Positions 17,396 to 32,700 of a stretch of DNA of 64,000 nucleotides are shown piece by piece; the stretch's first letter is position 1; every line of letters begins with the position of its first letter. The DNA is from Azolla caroliniana (taxonomy: Eukaryota > Plantae > Polypodiophyta): positions 6,510,001 through 6,574,000 of the forward strand of contig JBHGNT010000013.1 of assembly GCA_043228905.1 (NCBI GenBank). Reading direction: 5' to 3'. The translations under genes were made by a program, and so were the position numbers. The notes beneath the pieces were generated by a model. It did no database searches. It was not told the DNA's origin and was given only the letters and a program-made list of their open reading frames with translations.

Positions 17396-18260
17396 GCAAT
17401 ACAATGATTAGAAGAATGATCAATAATGTTCTTGAGATCTACCTTTAAAGTTGGAATACTTGAATCATGCTAAAACTCGTTTTTGTGTTCCATGCGTACA
17501 AGGAAAGCTAGTGGTTTGTCCTTCCTTGCACAAGGAATTGTATGAGTCACCAAACTTTTTAGAGCGTATACATGGTGATATCCATGGACTAGTGCACCCT
17601 CCTTTTGGACCATTTTATTACTTCATGGGAGTCAAAGATGCTTTATCGCGTTTTTCTCACTCCACACTTCTTTCTACTCGCAACATGGCGTTGCCTTGAC
17701 TCCTCATCCTTATCATCAAGTTGCGCGCTCAATTCCTAGATTTTCCAATTAAGTCAATTCGGATGGGCAAACATTGCCGAGTTTACATCAACAACCTTTA
17801 TTCGCTATTGCGAATCTATCAGTGTTAATTTTGAAGTTTCAACTCATGTTCACACTCAAAATGGTATGGCTGAATCTTTGATTAAACAAATCCAAGTAAT
17901 TGTGCGGCTGATTCTTCTCAAATCGAATTTGCCTAATTCAACATAGGGACATGCAATACAACTTCTTCCATTACGGCCGTCTTCATATCATATTTACTCT
18001 CCCCATCAACTCGTGACAGGTTTTCCACCCTCTATTTCTCATTTACGAGTTACATTTGGTTGTGTAGTTTATGTTCCGATTTCTCCACATTACCATAGGA
18101 AACTTGGTCCTTAACGCCGTCTTGGAATTTATGTGACTTTCAACTCTCCTTCAATCATTCGTTATCTCGAACCTACAACTAGTGATTTATTTACAACTCG
18201 CTTTGCCGATTGCCAATTTGATGAATCAACTCGCTTTGCCAATTGCCAATTTGTCGAATT

Positions 18261-19278
18261 TATAACCAAGCATTTATTTTATTTCCTTTTTCAAGATATT
18301 TGCTTTGACCCAAGTAGGTGTCTTCCTAGTTTTCTATAACAAGGTTGCCTATTGGAGGGCCAAGTTTAGGAGTTTCCATTCAGACTCCAATACCCTCTGG
18401 TTATTTCTTCTCTATCGATGGGCTCATATAGATCTTTGAAAATCAGAAGATCTTCCATTCTAATCTTCCAGACAGAGTAGTTATGTGAGTTTAGGACTAT
18501 CATACCTAGAAAGCCACTCACACCTCCTTTCATTATTGCATCTCAAGCTTTGATACCAATTTGTGAGGAAAGGGACCGTAGATATTGAGAAGTATATGTT
18601 GAAATATATTAGTACGCATATAAAAAACAACAAAATAGACAGAACACATAGTACACACAATACACAAGATTTACGTGGAAACCCTAAAACGAGGGAAAAC
18701 CACGGGAACAGATATTCCACTATGTGAATAGAAAATACAGAAGAAAAAATAGATTACAACTCTCTAGTAATAAGTAGAGAATAACAACTTAGGGTTCTTG
18801 TCAAGTTTCTCAGAACTGTGCCGCCGTTCTCTCTCCCGCTCTCTCTCTTCTTACTCTTTGTTACAATCTATACAATGCTTCGTTATGTTCTACACTGCTT
18901 GCATTATGCTTTCCCTAGTTGTATTTATACTCATACACAGTATGGGCTATTTACAAACATAACTTTCATCATTATTGTTATTAATCTCAGTTGATCAGCC
19001 GACTAATCGATTCTGATTTTCCAGTCGACCCGACTAGCCGACTCCCATGTTGACTATCCAGTCGATCTGACTAGTCGACTCCCATGTCGGTCATCTAGTC
19101 AACCCGACTAATCGGCCTTCTCCTTGACCTGGAGCATCCATGATGTAGTCAACTCTCTCTATCTCCTTCAGAGCAGTCGACAACCTAGTCAATCCGACTG
19201 ACCATCTAGTGTTCAACTTGTCTTTCTTTGATTGTCCACTTCTCTCATAGACACTAGAGGAGGGAAATATTCCTAACA
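18261..19278 (-). mobile_element. Truncated Tork-like copia element: 5' LTR (18562-19278), PBS and gag N-terminus
   Basis: PBS remnant TGGTATCAAAGC lies next to the TG at 18562. The LTR ends atattcctaaca, like the LTR ending at 35441. The minus strand encodes MIVLNSHNYSVWKIRMEDLLIFKDLYEPI. Confidence 0.8.
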
Positions 19279-20019
19279 TGCCGAAAGTCTTTCGAGCCCA
19301 GTTTGTGACATATCGCCAAGTTGGCCATGCCATAGTAACAATGATGGCATTTCGGCTACATTCACTGATCCCTCCCAATTGATCACTATGAGTGGGTAAA
19401 AGTTATTGTACTTCACGCCATGGCCAATGTGCAGATTTCCTTTTGAAATTTTTCATGACGATTCACTCAATGTCATCTTGTATCTGTCTTCGGCCAACAT
19501 GTCGGTGGAGATAAGACTCCTCTTCAGATCGAGTACGTGCCGGACTTGGTGCAGGTCATATTTCCATTCCGCAAATGAATGGGTATTTTGCCTATTCTAG
19601 CGATTCGACACTCTTGCGCATTGCCGAGTCAGACCGTGCCGGCATTGATCAAATAGTCTGAAAACCATTTTTTGTGGGGCGGGAGGAGGGTCACATGGAA
19701 GGTAGCGCCCGAATCGATGAACCCATGTTTGTGCATCTTGTGCACTATATAGGATCTCCCCATTCAATGTGCGTTCTAGTGAAAAGACTTCTCTCGACTG
19801 GGATTCGGCAACATGAATCTGGTTGCCAACTGATGACAACTTTGAGTCAGAAGAGCCTACGTTCCACTCGAATTTTTGACTTCTACCCTTTTTGTTCAAC
19901 AACCAACAGTTGGAAACATTGTGGCATATCTTTCTGCAATGTGTGCAATAGGCATTTGGTGTTCCCCTTCTCGTCTTCAACTGCGGTCGGTCGTTTCTCC
20001 TTCTTGGCCTGCTCTTATT

Positions 20020-20570
20020 TGTGAAGAATAAAGCTCAGCCACAACCGAGCCTTAAACTTAATGAAAGAACAAAACAGAAATGGAGGTTTGTACGTTGACA
20101 CTAAAGGGACGACACAGAATGTTTACATGGAAAATCTTAATAGGGTAAAACCACGGGAGCTCGAAATCTCCAACTATCACTACAAGAGGAGGGGGTACAA
20201 TATGAGACTCAGAGGCAATGACCTCGAGCTCTATATCTTCGCCAACCGGCGGTTAGAATAGAAACTGATTTTTCTTCTCTTCCCTCTCTCTCTCTCTCAC
20301 TATAAAAGAATAATACAACCACACACACAAATACATTTTTGGAGGTGATTGCCCTAGGTCATATTTATACTTATATGACTTTAGGACTATTTATAAATAT
20401 AGCCTTTACAGGCACACCAAAAACATATTTACAGATATGTCCCTGGATCTGGTTAACACCGGATCCATTCGGATACCTTCTGGTCTAGTCCGGTTCCTTC
20501 CTCCGGCATGTCCGATCCGGCTCCTCCGGTTCTCATCCGGATCCCATACGGAGGGACCGAATTCCCAACA
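20020..20570. mobile_element. Solo LTR (copia, Tork-type)
   Basis: TG...CA ends; flanks TTATT/TGATT form a 5-bp TSD with one mismatch. It shares the tttac.tggaaa...aaaaccac motif with the LTRs at 18562 and 34735. Confidence 0.8.
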
Positions 20571-20711
20571 TGATTGAGTTGTTCCCCTAGAGATGTGTGC
20601 TTCGGCATTGCCATTACTGGTCAATTCCCATCAACTTTCTTCGAAGCTCTTCGGACAGTATCGCCCCAATCGCTTCGTCTAGTGTTAGCTTCCACCAGTT
20701 GTTAGTGACAG

Positions 20712-23700
20712 TGTCATGTTGTTATGCTTTCGCGTATGAAATAAGGCAGGACCACGGGGGCCCTGAACCCAGGAGCACAAGAGATGAGAGGGAGAGAGAT
20801 TCGCAGACAACACAGAGAGACAGAGACGAGAGAACCAATTCCAAATCAGTATAGATTATAGAGCTTGCAATGTTACAATCGGCAAGCCGGTGACAGACCC
20901 AACACAGACGAACACACGCACTGAAGTACGTGGTGGAGCCTCTACCGGAAGCACGCAGTGTCACGCTGTTACGCACGTGCGTGTAGAAAAGGCGGGACCA
21001 CGGGGGTCTTGGACCAAGGAGAGAGAGATGGAGAGAGACAGAGAGAGTTGCAGATACATAGAGAGAAGTTTAAGAGCAAGAAAACAAGAATCCAATTACT
21101 AAACTCAATAGCTTACAACTCGAACAGTTACAACCGGCAACCCGGTAATGGGCCCGACACGGGGTCCTACTCACGCACACAGACGACTGCCACACAACTC
21201 CAGGAACCAAAAGGGGGAGAGCCTCTGCTTGAAGCACACGGGCTGTCAACGAAACAGAGGCAGCGAACTCCCGACACCCACAGAGACCGACGACCGGAGG
21301 AGGAGAAGAGAGAGCTCGGCACTCGGTTCTGCAGCAGCACTTCGTCCTCGCCAACACGCAATATTTTTCCTCCTTCTCCCCTCTCCTTAAATAGTTAAAC
21401 CGCTTTATTCCTTGTCCCTTTCGACAGAGATACGCACAATCCCTCAATAAATGTATACTACTTAGTATTTACATCAGTTGAGATCCATTTATGAATCATG
21501 TACAAAATATCAAAATATCGATTCATGCGCCCATCCGTGTAAGAGCCGGTTCATGCGCCTTTTTCTCCGATTCCGCCTATGCCCGGTTTTCTTCACGACA
21601 TCCACCCCCACCAAACCGCGCATCCACCGGCATGCGCCAGAGACGGGTAGATACCGAAGAAAACCGGCGTCACTCGTCGTTCTCCGATTCCCCGCCGGGC
21701 CCAAACTGATCGTCTTTGTCGCTCCCGCTCACAGGCCCCGGCTCGTCTTCAAACTGCTTCTTGAACGCTTTGATCCGCTTCCAGGCCACCGGCACCGCTA
21801 ACCGTGTCCCGTCGAGCTCCGCGAGGTGGTACGTGTCGTTGTCGTTCGCGCTCGTCACCGTGTAGGGCCCGAACCATCTCCTAGCGAACTTTCGCACCAC
21901 CTTGTGCTGATTGTCGAGGCTGCTGTCGTATACCAAGACCCAGTCTCCTTCCTCGATCCTCTTTGGTCGCAAACGTCCTCCGGCCTCCCCTCGAGTTGCC
22001 GAATCCGCGCCGCCAGCAACTCCTCCCGGCTCATTTCGTCCTTCCAATCTACTGCCACCCATGAAGAAACCGTCCGTTCCACCGGCATGATCGGCTTCTG
22101 TCTGTACATCAGCTCTGCCAGCATAAACCCTGTCACCGAACTGTGCGTAGTTCGGTCCGCCCATAGTGCGTAAGGAAGGAGTCGCGGCCAATTCCTAACC
22201 TGCCCTACGCATGCACACACCAACGCCTTTATGATCGGCCCGTGCCCATGTTCCACTTTTCCGTTCGCCTCCGGATTGTACGCCGTAGTGAGGGAGAGTT
22301 TGACGCCTAGCCGATCGAACAACTCCTTAAGTTAGCCTCCCGCGCATCCAACTCTCCCCGGTCCGCCACGATCCTCCCGACGCACCCATACCGACACACT
22401 ACTTCTTCGATCAGGAACTGGCATACCGCCGTGGTTGTCTTGCTTTGCAGTGCACAACCTTCCACCTGGTTCGTTAAGTCTTCCCGTGCAAGCACCAGGT
22501 ATCGCATCTATCCTACCCCCATCGGCATCGTCACCAAGTCCACCATCCACTTGAAATGGACCGTAGGCGGGTAGGTCGGGTGTAGCTCGTCCCGGTGTCG
22601 AACTACGGAGTGCATGTGACAGCTTTCACAAGTCGTTACGAACCGATGCACGTCCTAATACAGCCCCGGCCACCAGTACTTCTCCTTCAGCTTCTCGAAC
22701 ATGGCCCACGTTCCGCGGTGCCCGGCCCAGGGACTTTCGTGAAATGCCGCCAGTAGTTCCTCCTGTTCTTCTTTCTTTGTCGCTACTCGGAGAGGGATGT
22801 CGTTTCTCTTCTTTGGGTGCCTCCATATGCACTTGTCCCGCAGGAAGAATCGGTACGCCTTCTTCCGTACCCGGATCGCCTCTTCTCTCGTCCATGCTAC
22901 GTCCGGCGTCATCGTCCGTAGGAACCTCCCAATCTGGAGCCACTCCCCGTCGTACCTGCTTTCGTCAAATTCGTTAAGCGCCGGAGTGTCCCTTTCCCTC
23001 GTTGCTACGTTAGCCGACCCGAAGAAGTCCTTGCCAACTTCTTCGTCATCCGAAACCATGCCGTCTTCGTCGTTGAACCTTGCTCTTGAAAGCATGTCGG
23101 CCATGGCGTTATCCTTTCCGGAGATGTGCCGTATCTCCGGGTTCAGGGACTTAATGTACGCTATCCACTGGAGCATTGCTAGGTCCGGCGTCGTGTATCC
23201 GAAAACCATGCCGAGTATCGGCAGGCAGTCCGTCTCGATGATCACCTCCGTCCCGATAAGATAATCCTTGTCGGCCTTGACTGCCGAAACGACACCCCAA
23301 AGCTCGCGCTTAACTTGGGCGTATCCTCGCTGCCGCTCGCTCAATACCTTTGCCCCGAACGGATCGGGAATCGTACGTTGTCCTCGTCCTCCTGACTAAT
23401 TACCCACCCGATCCTGGTTGGGTTGGTGTCCACTGTCACGTAGATGGGAACATCCTTGCCGTAAACCGCTTTACGGAGAGCCGACGCTACCGTAAGCGCC
23501 TCCTTTAGTCTCTGTACCGACTCCGTGTGCTCCGTCCTCCACTCAAAGTTACGCCCCTTTTTCAATAGTCCGTAGAGGGGTTCCGCGACATGTGCGTAGT
23601 GCGGGATCCAAATGTGGTAGAACGCGCATGCTCCCAAGAATCTGCGGACCTCCGTGACCGAATTGCAGTCATGCTTCATTGCGGAGATGGCTTCCACCTT

Positions 23701-26700
23701 GGCCGGAGAAGGTTTCCGACCGTATGGTCCGCATAGGTGCCCGACGACCATGATCTCTGATTGCCCGAAGGCCGACTTTTCCCCGGAGAAGGTGAGCCTC
23801 GCGCCTTCTAGTCTCTGCAGCACCTTCTCACAGTCATCGATGTGAGACACCACGAAATTTCGACATTCGTCCGGCCCGATTGCCTCGTCCTTTTTCTCCA
23901 CCGGGCATCCCCTGATCGAGATGTCGTCTAAGAATGGCATGGTGATGTCCGGGATACAATCCCTGAGCACTTTTTTCATCGCGTTCACCATGTGAGCCAC
24001 TGAGTTCGTCCCTCCTTGTGGCAGGGTACACATCCGCACTAGGCCGAGAGGAGTCCACATCGTCGTAATGTCTCTGCTCTCCACGGCTAGTTGGAACTGA
24101 TCGTACCCCAAGTACAGATCACCGACAGAGTAAATCGACCTTCCGGCGAAGGCCTCCGCGAACTCGTCTATGGTCGGTCCGATTCCTGCATTACGGATGG
24201 TCACCTTGTTGACTGGTTGCAGGTCCTGAATGAAGCGCAGCGGGCCATTCTTCTTCGGCACCGTAAACCACCGATTCGAATACGGGGCACTCGACGGTTC
24301 GAGGATGCCCATCTCCACCTTTTGCTTCAAAAGCTCCATCAACTTCGGGATGTGAGCTCTCGGCATTGGAATCGGTTTGAGATTCCACGGTACATGCGGT
24401 ACCGTGAAGATCACCATCGGTTCGACGATCGTCGGGTCCACGCACCCGATCTCCTCCGGCGAGAACGCGAAGGCTTTCCCATGCCTTCCGAGCATTCTCC
24501 GAAACCTGTCCTCCTCCGCCGGTAGTAGAAAGCCGCCCCCACCAACCTTGAGCTCCCGTAGTGTTATGTCGGTGAACCGGTGCCCTATGCTAGCCGGATT
24601 CCGTAAACTTGGGTCCGGCGCAACCCTTTTTATCCGCTCCTCGCTGCCCTCCGGCAAGGGTGTCGCTACTGGCCTCACCTTCCGGTTCACGGTCTTGTAC
24701 TTTGTATCCACGCGGGCCGTCCGATCCAACCCGATCCTTTCCCCGAAGTCCACGATGACTTCGTACATTCCCATTGACCCTACTGGAACGGTCCGGTCTT
24801 CTCTAAGGTCTTCACCGATCACCTTTCGTAGTTCGCCCAAGGTGTCGTCAAAAGAGATCGCCTCCACGACGCCGCTGATGTCTTCGTCGGGGAAGAGAAC
24901 TCCGCATCCCCTGAGCCGCTCCTCCACTCGTTTCCTCTCCCAGACGCTAACTCCGGTTATAGTACAACCCCCGTTTTCGGAGAACCAAAACTTCCTATCT
25001 ACTGTACATGTGTGGGGTTCTTCCGGTATGTCCGGACTACCGTGGCCCCACGCCTTGATAGCCCTCTCTAAACATCCCCTCGGCTCCCGCTGCCAAGGGT
25101 CTTGCAGTTCCTCTCATGGTTCGGTCGTACGGTCATGAATTGGACGGAATGCCGACTGTCCTAGCTCTTGACGCGCGCATACGCCGGACCGTTGTCCAGC
25201 ACTTTCGTTTCCATGCGCGCTGCCGTAATGTATGGTTCTCCGAGAATCATCGGGTGCGAGGATGTTTCCTGCATGAAGAAATGTTGATCTATCTCGACGT
25301 CACCGACCTTTACGCATATATTCGGGCACGCCCCATGCAGCTCCTCCGTAGCACGCATCGCCGCGCGTATCTTCCACCCGTGCTTGATGTTGATCGGCCA
25401 TTTACCTCTCTTGTAGAAATCCATGGACATCAGGTTGATTTCGGACCCATGGTCTACCAAGGCCACCACCGGTTCCGGAACGTCGCCGATCCGCACAGGG
25501 GTTTCCGTAGTTGCCCTGGCCTAGTGCGGCTTCGCGTAGTGGCTTTCCGCCAACTCGTCTTCTAGGGCCGCGTCCTCTATGTGCGTCGTTCGCACTTCCA
25601 CCGGCTTCTCCGGCTCTAGCTCTATCGACAACCTTTTCCTCTTCACCAAGTCTACGATGGAGTCATGGAACTCCTTCTTTGCGATCCCGAGCACTTCCCT
25701 CAGCGACAACTCCACTTTGTTGTCGAGGATACGTTCCTCCAGGACCTTTCGTAGGTCTGTGGTCCTTTCGATTTCGGTGCTCAATCGAAACCCCGCCTGC
25801 TTCTTCCCGTCTGGTGCACATGGGTTGCCGGCATTGGTCGGTTTCGGTCCGAACCGGGTCTCATACCTCTGCGGGGGACCCACCCGCCGGCCTTTCCTGC
25901 CCGTTTGTCTTCCACCAGAACCTCGTAGTTCTGGCAAGCGGCTTCTACGAAGCCCGTTTCCTCTTCGACCGGATCGTCCCATCCGGTGACCTCATGGACC
26001 CGTTGTTCCACGCGGTCCGCCTCTTCCTTCTTAAACCGAACTCCGGAGAAGCCTTCTAGCACTAGCGGCCAGAATCCAGAGTCCTTCACCTTTCGGGACT
26101 CGTCACCCCCGACCCGAATTCCCGCTGACACTGAGTAGTTAACGGCTTCAATGTGCCGTGCCACGGCCTCTTCCATCAACCTCTTCATTCCGCCGCGCCC
26201 TGTATTTAGTTCTAGGGCTCTCCGGGTCTCACTCGCGTGCACCCGCCCGTTCTAGAGGTACACCACATTGGTCCTGAGCGCGTCGGCGAAATCCGCGCAA
26301 TCCTTCTGAATGTGACCGATCGTGTTACACCACATGCACCGCTGCCCAACCGGCGGCCTCCGGTTGTGAGGTTGTTCGCCGTTGTCTCTCTGAGCCTGTG
26401 CAATCTGCAGGTCGCGCACCATTTGTGTCAGCTCCTCCAGAGCCGCTCCTCCGGATGGGCCTCTAACCATGTCATTCTATGCCGACCCCGACTCTAGCCA
26501 AATTCCGGTCTCTTCCTGCCTACCGGCCGGCACCGATACCGGCTCCTCGAGCCTCCTCCCCGGGGCCGGCCCTGACCCCGACGAGCTTCCGTCGCTCCAA
26601 TCGCGCCGTTTGTCAAAACGGCTGTAGACCCGTTTTACCACGGCCCAGTCTGTCGTGAGCCCTTCGTATGTTTCCGATAGGGGGCCCACCTTTTCCCTAT

Positions 26701-29700
26701 CGAGCACGTCCACCGATTTGACAAACAGTAGTACTCGACTCGTTCCGAGCACGGTCCGGTCCAGCGTCGACAGCCGCGCAAACCGTTTTTCGAACTCCTG
26801 GAGGAGCGCCAACGTGTTCCTCCCTTTTCTGGGGCTTTCCACCCACGTCATGAAGTTCCGCCTTGACAGCTGAAGCGAGTCATCAAACCCGTACTTCTCG
26901 AGGAGCTGCAGCTCGAACCCCTCCCAAGTGTGGCATCCGGCCAACACCTCGAGCACCTCCGCGTGGATGCTCGGCGTCACCACCCGAGGGAATCCAAACA
27001 ACCTCCTGTCCACTGGGATATCCCTCATGATCATTTTGGCCCGGTAAGCCTCCAAATAACTTGTGGCGTCTTTCCCTCTGAACCAGCCTATAGTGCCGAC
27101 GATCGATTCAATGGCTCTATCGAGGGTACCCGTCCCCTCGCGAGCACTTACCAGCCGGTCGACGGCTACCACCATTGCCTCTGCTAGCTCTGATCCCCTC
27201 ATCTTGTGACTCCTTTCCCACCTGTTCACGTTGGGTTCACCAATGATGTCGCGCTATTACGCGCGTGCGTGTAGAAAAGGCGGGACCACAGGGGTCTTGG
27301 ACCAAGGAGAGAGAGATGGAGAGAGAGAGAGAGAGTTGTAGATACACAGAGAGAAGTTTAAGAGCAAGAAAATAGGAATCCAATTACTAAACTCAATAAC
27401 TTACAACTCGAACAGTTACGACCGGCAACCCGGTAATGGGCCCGACACGGGGTCCTACTCACGCACACAGACGACTGCCACACAACTCCAGGAACCAAAA
27501 GGGGGAGAGCCTCTGCTTGAAGCACAGGGGCTGTCAACAAAGCAGAGGCAGCGAACTCCCGACACCCACAGAGACCGACGACCGGAGGAGGAGAAGAGAG
27601 AGCTCGGCACTCGGTTCTGCAGCAGCACTTCGTCCTCGCCAACGCGCGATATTTTTCCCCCTTCTCCCCTCTCCTTAAATAGTTAAACCACTTTATTCCC
27701 TGTCCCTTTCGACAGAGATACGCACAATCCCTCAATAAATGTATACTACTTAGTATTTACATCAGCCGAGATCCATTTATGAATCATGTACAAAATATCA
27801 AAATATCGATTCATGCGCCCATCCGTGTAAGAGCCGGTTCATGCGCCTTTTTCTCCGATTCCGCCTATGCCCGGTTTTCTTCACGACAGCGGGCTTTCAC
27901 GCAGCAGAGGCAGCCAATCTGACCCAAAATCCCTGCAGAAACAACAACGATGGTGGAGAAGAGAGCTCGGTTGCCAGTCCGATAACACTTCGTCCTCACA
28001 TAAACGCGCGATCCCTCACTCAACCCTTTTCCTCTCCTTTTATTGCACAAGAAGAGAGAGCCGTTACAGACTGTTACATCACTTTTATTCTCTGTCCTAG
28101 CGGACAAAGATCCTCTTCGATTCCCTACCTAACTGAATTCATGCTACCTAGGATATTTACATCGCCTACCTGTACTTAACTATGTGAATACATCAAAACA
28201 TGTGTCCATGTGTAAGGGCCAGTTTACGCACACTATCCACCGATTCCTCCTAGGGACGGTTTTCTCTACGACATCCGCCCCCACCTAACTGCACATCCTC
28301 CGGTATGTGCTAGAATAGACTTCTACCAGAGAAGACCAGCCCACGATTATCTTTCGCTTTCCGGTTCGCCACCTGCTCCGAACCGGTCATCGTCGCCATC
28401 CATGCTCCCTGGGTCCGGTTCGTCCTCGTGCCGCTTCTTGAATGCTTTGATCCTCTTCCCGGCCACCGGCACAACTATTATTGTTCTGTCGAGCTCCGCG
28501 AGGTGGTAGGTGTGGTTGTCGTTAGCGCTTTTCACCGCGTAAGGCCCGAACCACTTCCTCGCAAATTTCCGCATTGCCTTGTGCTAGTTGTCGAGGCTGC
28601 TGTCGTAGACCAAAACCCAATCGCCTTCCTCGATTTTCCTTGGTCATAGTCGGTGAGCCCAGTCGAATCGCCCCTTATTCTTTGTCCTTGCTGCACATAG
28701 CTTCGCCGTTGCTCGTTCCACGTCCTCCGGTCTTCGCTCGAGCTGTTGTATTCGCACCGTTAACAGCTTCTCCCGGCTCATCTCATCTCTCCATCGGCGG
28801 TGGCCCACGAGGAGATCGTTCGCTCCATCGACTTGATCGACTTCTGCCCGTACATCAGCTCCGCTGACATGATCCCGGTTACCGAACTGTGCGTAGTTCG
28901 GTCTGCCCACAATGCGTAGGGTAGGAGCCGCGACCAATTCCCGACTTGGCCTCCGCAGGCCCGTACCAACGCCTTTACGATCGGCCCGTGTCCGCGTTCC
29001 ACCTTCCCGTTTGCCTCCGGATTGTATGCCGTAGTGAGTGAGAGTTTAACCCCTAACTGTTCAAACAACTCTTCAGCCTCTTGTGCATCCAGTTCTCCAC
29101 GGTCTCCTACAATCTTCCCTACGCACCCGTACCGACATACCACCTCCTCGATTAGGAACCGGCACACGGTCGTGGTCGTTTTGTTTGGTAATGCTCGGCC
29201 CTCCACCTGGTTCGTCAGATCCTCTCCTGCCAGCACCAGGTATCGCATTTGCCCCACTCCCATCGGCATCATCACCAAATCCACCATCCACTTGAGGTGG
29301 ATGGTCGGCGGGTAAGTCGGGTGCAGCTCATCTCGATGTTGGACTATGGAATGCATCTGACAACTTTCGCAAGTCGTTACGAACCGATGCACGTCCCGGT
29401 ATAGTCGCAGCCACCAGTACTTCTCCTTCAGCTTTTCGAACGTGGCCCATGTCCCCTGGTGTCCGGCCCAAGGGCTCTCGTGGTACGCCATCAACAATGC
29501 TTCCTGCTCCTCCTTCCTCGCCACCACCCGGAGCGGGACGCCGTCTCGCTTCTTCGGGTGCTTCCATACGCTCCCGTCCCGTAGCAAGAATCGGTACGCT
29601 TTCTTCCGGATCCGGTTAGCCTCTTCCCTTGTCCACGCCGCTCCCGGCGTCATCGTCTTCAGGAACCCACCGATCTAGAGCCACTCCCCGTCGTACTTGC

Positions 29701-32700
29701 TCTCGTCGAACTCGTTAAGCACCGGAGTGCTGCTCCCAGCCCTCGCCACTATGCGAGCCGACTCGAAGAAGTCCTCACCAACTTCTTCATTCTCCGAAAC
29801 CATGCCGTCTTCGTCATCGAACTGTGCTCTTGAAAGCATATCGGCCCTGATGTTGTCCTTACCGGACATGTGTCGTATCTCCGGATTTAGAGACTTGAGG
29901 TACGCGATCCACCTGAGCATTGTCAAGTCCGGAGTCGTGCATCCGGAAACCATACCGAGAATCGGTAGGCAGTCCGTCTCGATTATTACTTCCTTCCCGA
30001 TTAGATAGTCCTTGTCGGCCTTGACTGCCGAAAAGATACCCCACAGTTTGCGCTTGACTTGGGCGTATCCTCGTTGTCGCTCGCTCAATACTTTCGCCCC
30101 AAACCGAATCGGGAACCTCGTGCCGGCTTCGTCCTCCTGGTTAACCACCCATCCTATCCCGGTCGGGCTCGTGTCTACCATAACGTAAATTGGGACGTCC
30201 TTGCCGTAAACCGCTTTTCGGAGTGCTGATGCCGCGGCAAGTGCTTCTTTCATTTTCCGGACCAACTCTGCATGCTCCCCGCTCCACTCAAACTTGCACC
30301 CTTTCTTCAACAACCCGTAGAGTGGCTCCACAATATGGGCGTAATGCAGGATCCAAATGTGATAGAATGCGCAAGCTCCCAAGAACCTCCGGACTTCTAT
30401 AACCGACCTGTAGTCTTCCTTCATCACAGAGATGGCTTCCACCTTAGCCGAGGACGGTTTCCTACCCTAAGGCCCGCATAGGTGTCCGATGACCATGATT
30501 TCCGACTGTTCGAAAGCAGACTTCTCCCCGGAGAAGGTGAGCCACACCCCTTCGAGCTTCTGTACCACCTTCTCGTAGTCTCCGATGTGGTTCGGGACGA
30601 ATCTCCGACACCCATCCGGTCCGACCGTTTCGTCCTTATCCTCCACCGGACATCCCTTTATTGGAATGTCATCTAAAAACGGCATGGTAATGTCCGGGAT
30701 GCAGTCCCTTAGCACCTTATTCTTCGCGTTCACCATGTGCGCTACCGAGTTTGTCCCTCCTTGCAGAAGGGTACACATCCGCACTAGGCCGAGAGGAGTC
30801 CACATCGTCGTAATATCCCTGGTCTCTACGGCTAGTTGGAATTGGTCGTACCCCGAGTACAGATCTCCGACTGAGTAAATTGACCTTCAGGCGAAGGCCT
30901 CCGCGAACTCGTCAATGGTTGGCTCGATCCCTGCATTCCAAATGGTTACCTTGTTGACCGGTTGTAGGTCCTAAATAAAGCGCAACTTGTCGTTCTTCTT
31001 AGGCACGGTGAACCACCGATTCGAGTATGGGGCACTCGACGGTTCGAGGATGCCCATCTCCACCTTATGCTTCAGCAGCTCCATCAGCTTCGAGATGTGA
31101 GCTCTGGGTACTGGAATTGGTTTGAGATTCCACGGCACATGCGGTACCGTAAAAATAACCATCGGCTCAACAACCGTCGGGTCCACGCACCCGATCTCTT
31201 CCAGCGAGAATGCGAAGGCCTTCCCGTGCCTCCCGAGCATTCTCCGAAACCGTTCTTCCTCCACCCCCACCAACCTTGAGCTCTTGTAGCGTTGTGTTGG
31301 TGAACCGATGTCCTATGCCGGCCGGATCCCGTAGACTTGGGTCCGACACGACCCCTCTCATCTGTAACCCACTACCCTCCGGCAAGGGTGCCACGACTGG
31401 CCTCACATTTCGGTCCACAGTCTTGTACCTCGTATCCACGCAAGCCGTCCGGTCCGACTTGACCCTTTCCCTGAAGTCGGAAATGACTTCGTACATTCCC
31501 ACCGAGCTAACCGGAATCATCTGGTCTTCTCTGAGGCCTTCTTCGATCACCTTCCCCATTTCCTTGAGGGTGTCGTCAAAAGAGACCGCCTCCACAGCGC
31601 CACTAATTTCCTCATCGGGGGCGAGGACCCCACGCGTTCTAAGTCGTTCCTCTGCCCGTTTCTTCTCCTGGCCAATGATGTCGGCTATCGTACAACCTCC
31701 GCTATCGAAGAACCAAAACTTCCTACCTATGGTACAAGTGTGGGGATCCTCCGGGGTGCCCGGACTATCGCGGCCCCACGCCTCGATAGCCCCCTCAAAA
31801 AATCCCCTCGTTCGTCGCTGCCGAGGGTTTCACGGTTCCGCTCATGGTTCGGTCGCTCGGTCAGGAATTGACCGTTATCCAACACCCTTGTCTCCATATG
31901 CGCCGCCGTAATGTATGGCTCGCCAAGTATCACCGGGTGCGAGGACGTCTCCTGCACGAAAAAGTGTTGATCGATCTCGACGTCACCGATCTTGACGCGT
32001 ACATTCGGGCACGCCCCGTGCAGCTCCTCCATAGCGCGAGTCGCCGCGCGTATTTTCCATCCGTGCTTGGTGTTGATCAGCCACTTCCCCTTGTTATAGA
32101 AATCCATGGACATTAGGTTGATCTCCGATCCGTGGTCTATCAATGCCACCACCGGCTCCTGGACATCCCCGATCCGAACAGGGGTCTCCATAGTGGCTCT
32201 GGCCCAGTGCGACCTCGAATAGTGGCTTTCCACCAACTTGTCTTCCAAGGCCATGTCTTCCAGATGCATGGTTCGCACCTCCACCAGCTTCTCCGGTTCC
32301 GGCTCTGTCGAGAGTCGTTTATGCTTCACCAAGTCCACAATGGAATCGTGGAACTCCTTCTTGGCAATCCTGAGCACTTCCCTCAGCGACAGCTCCACCT
32401 TGCTGTCGAGGATCCACTCTTCGAGGACCTTCTACAGGTCCGTTGACCTCTCAATCTTCGTGCTCAGCTGGTAACCGGCCCGCTTCGTTTTGTCCGGTGC
32501 GCCGGGGTTACCAGCATTGTTTTGCTTCTGCCTGAACCGGGTCTCGTACCGCTATGAGGGCCCGGCACCTCCGGCCTTTCCCGCGCGCTTGTCCTCTACC
32601 AGAACCTCATAGTTCTAGCATGCGGCTTCCACGAGACCGGTCTTCTCCTCGACCGGATCGTCCCATCCAGTGACCTCCCGGATCCACTGCTCCGCTCGAT

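Larger units (their letters stand above)
15172..18260 (+). mobile_element. Degenerate, 3'-truncated Ty1/copia element (Bianca-like)
   Basis: LTR/PBS junction ACACGTTATCAACACGA at 15291-15307. Gag YAELLSTLIVAEQHHQVLLKN, protease CLIDCASTHTIL, integrase FLERIHGDIHG and IIRYLEPTTSDLFTTRFADCQFDE. No RT; the element ends at a junction with another element. The 5' boundary is approximate. Confidence 0.8.
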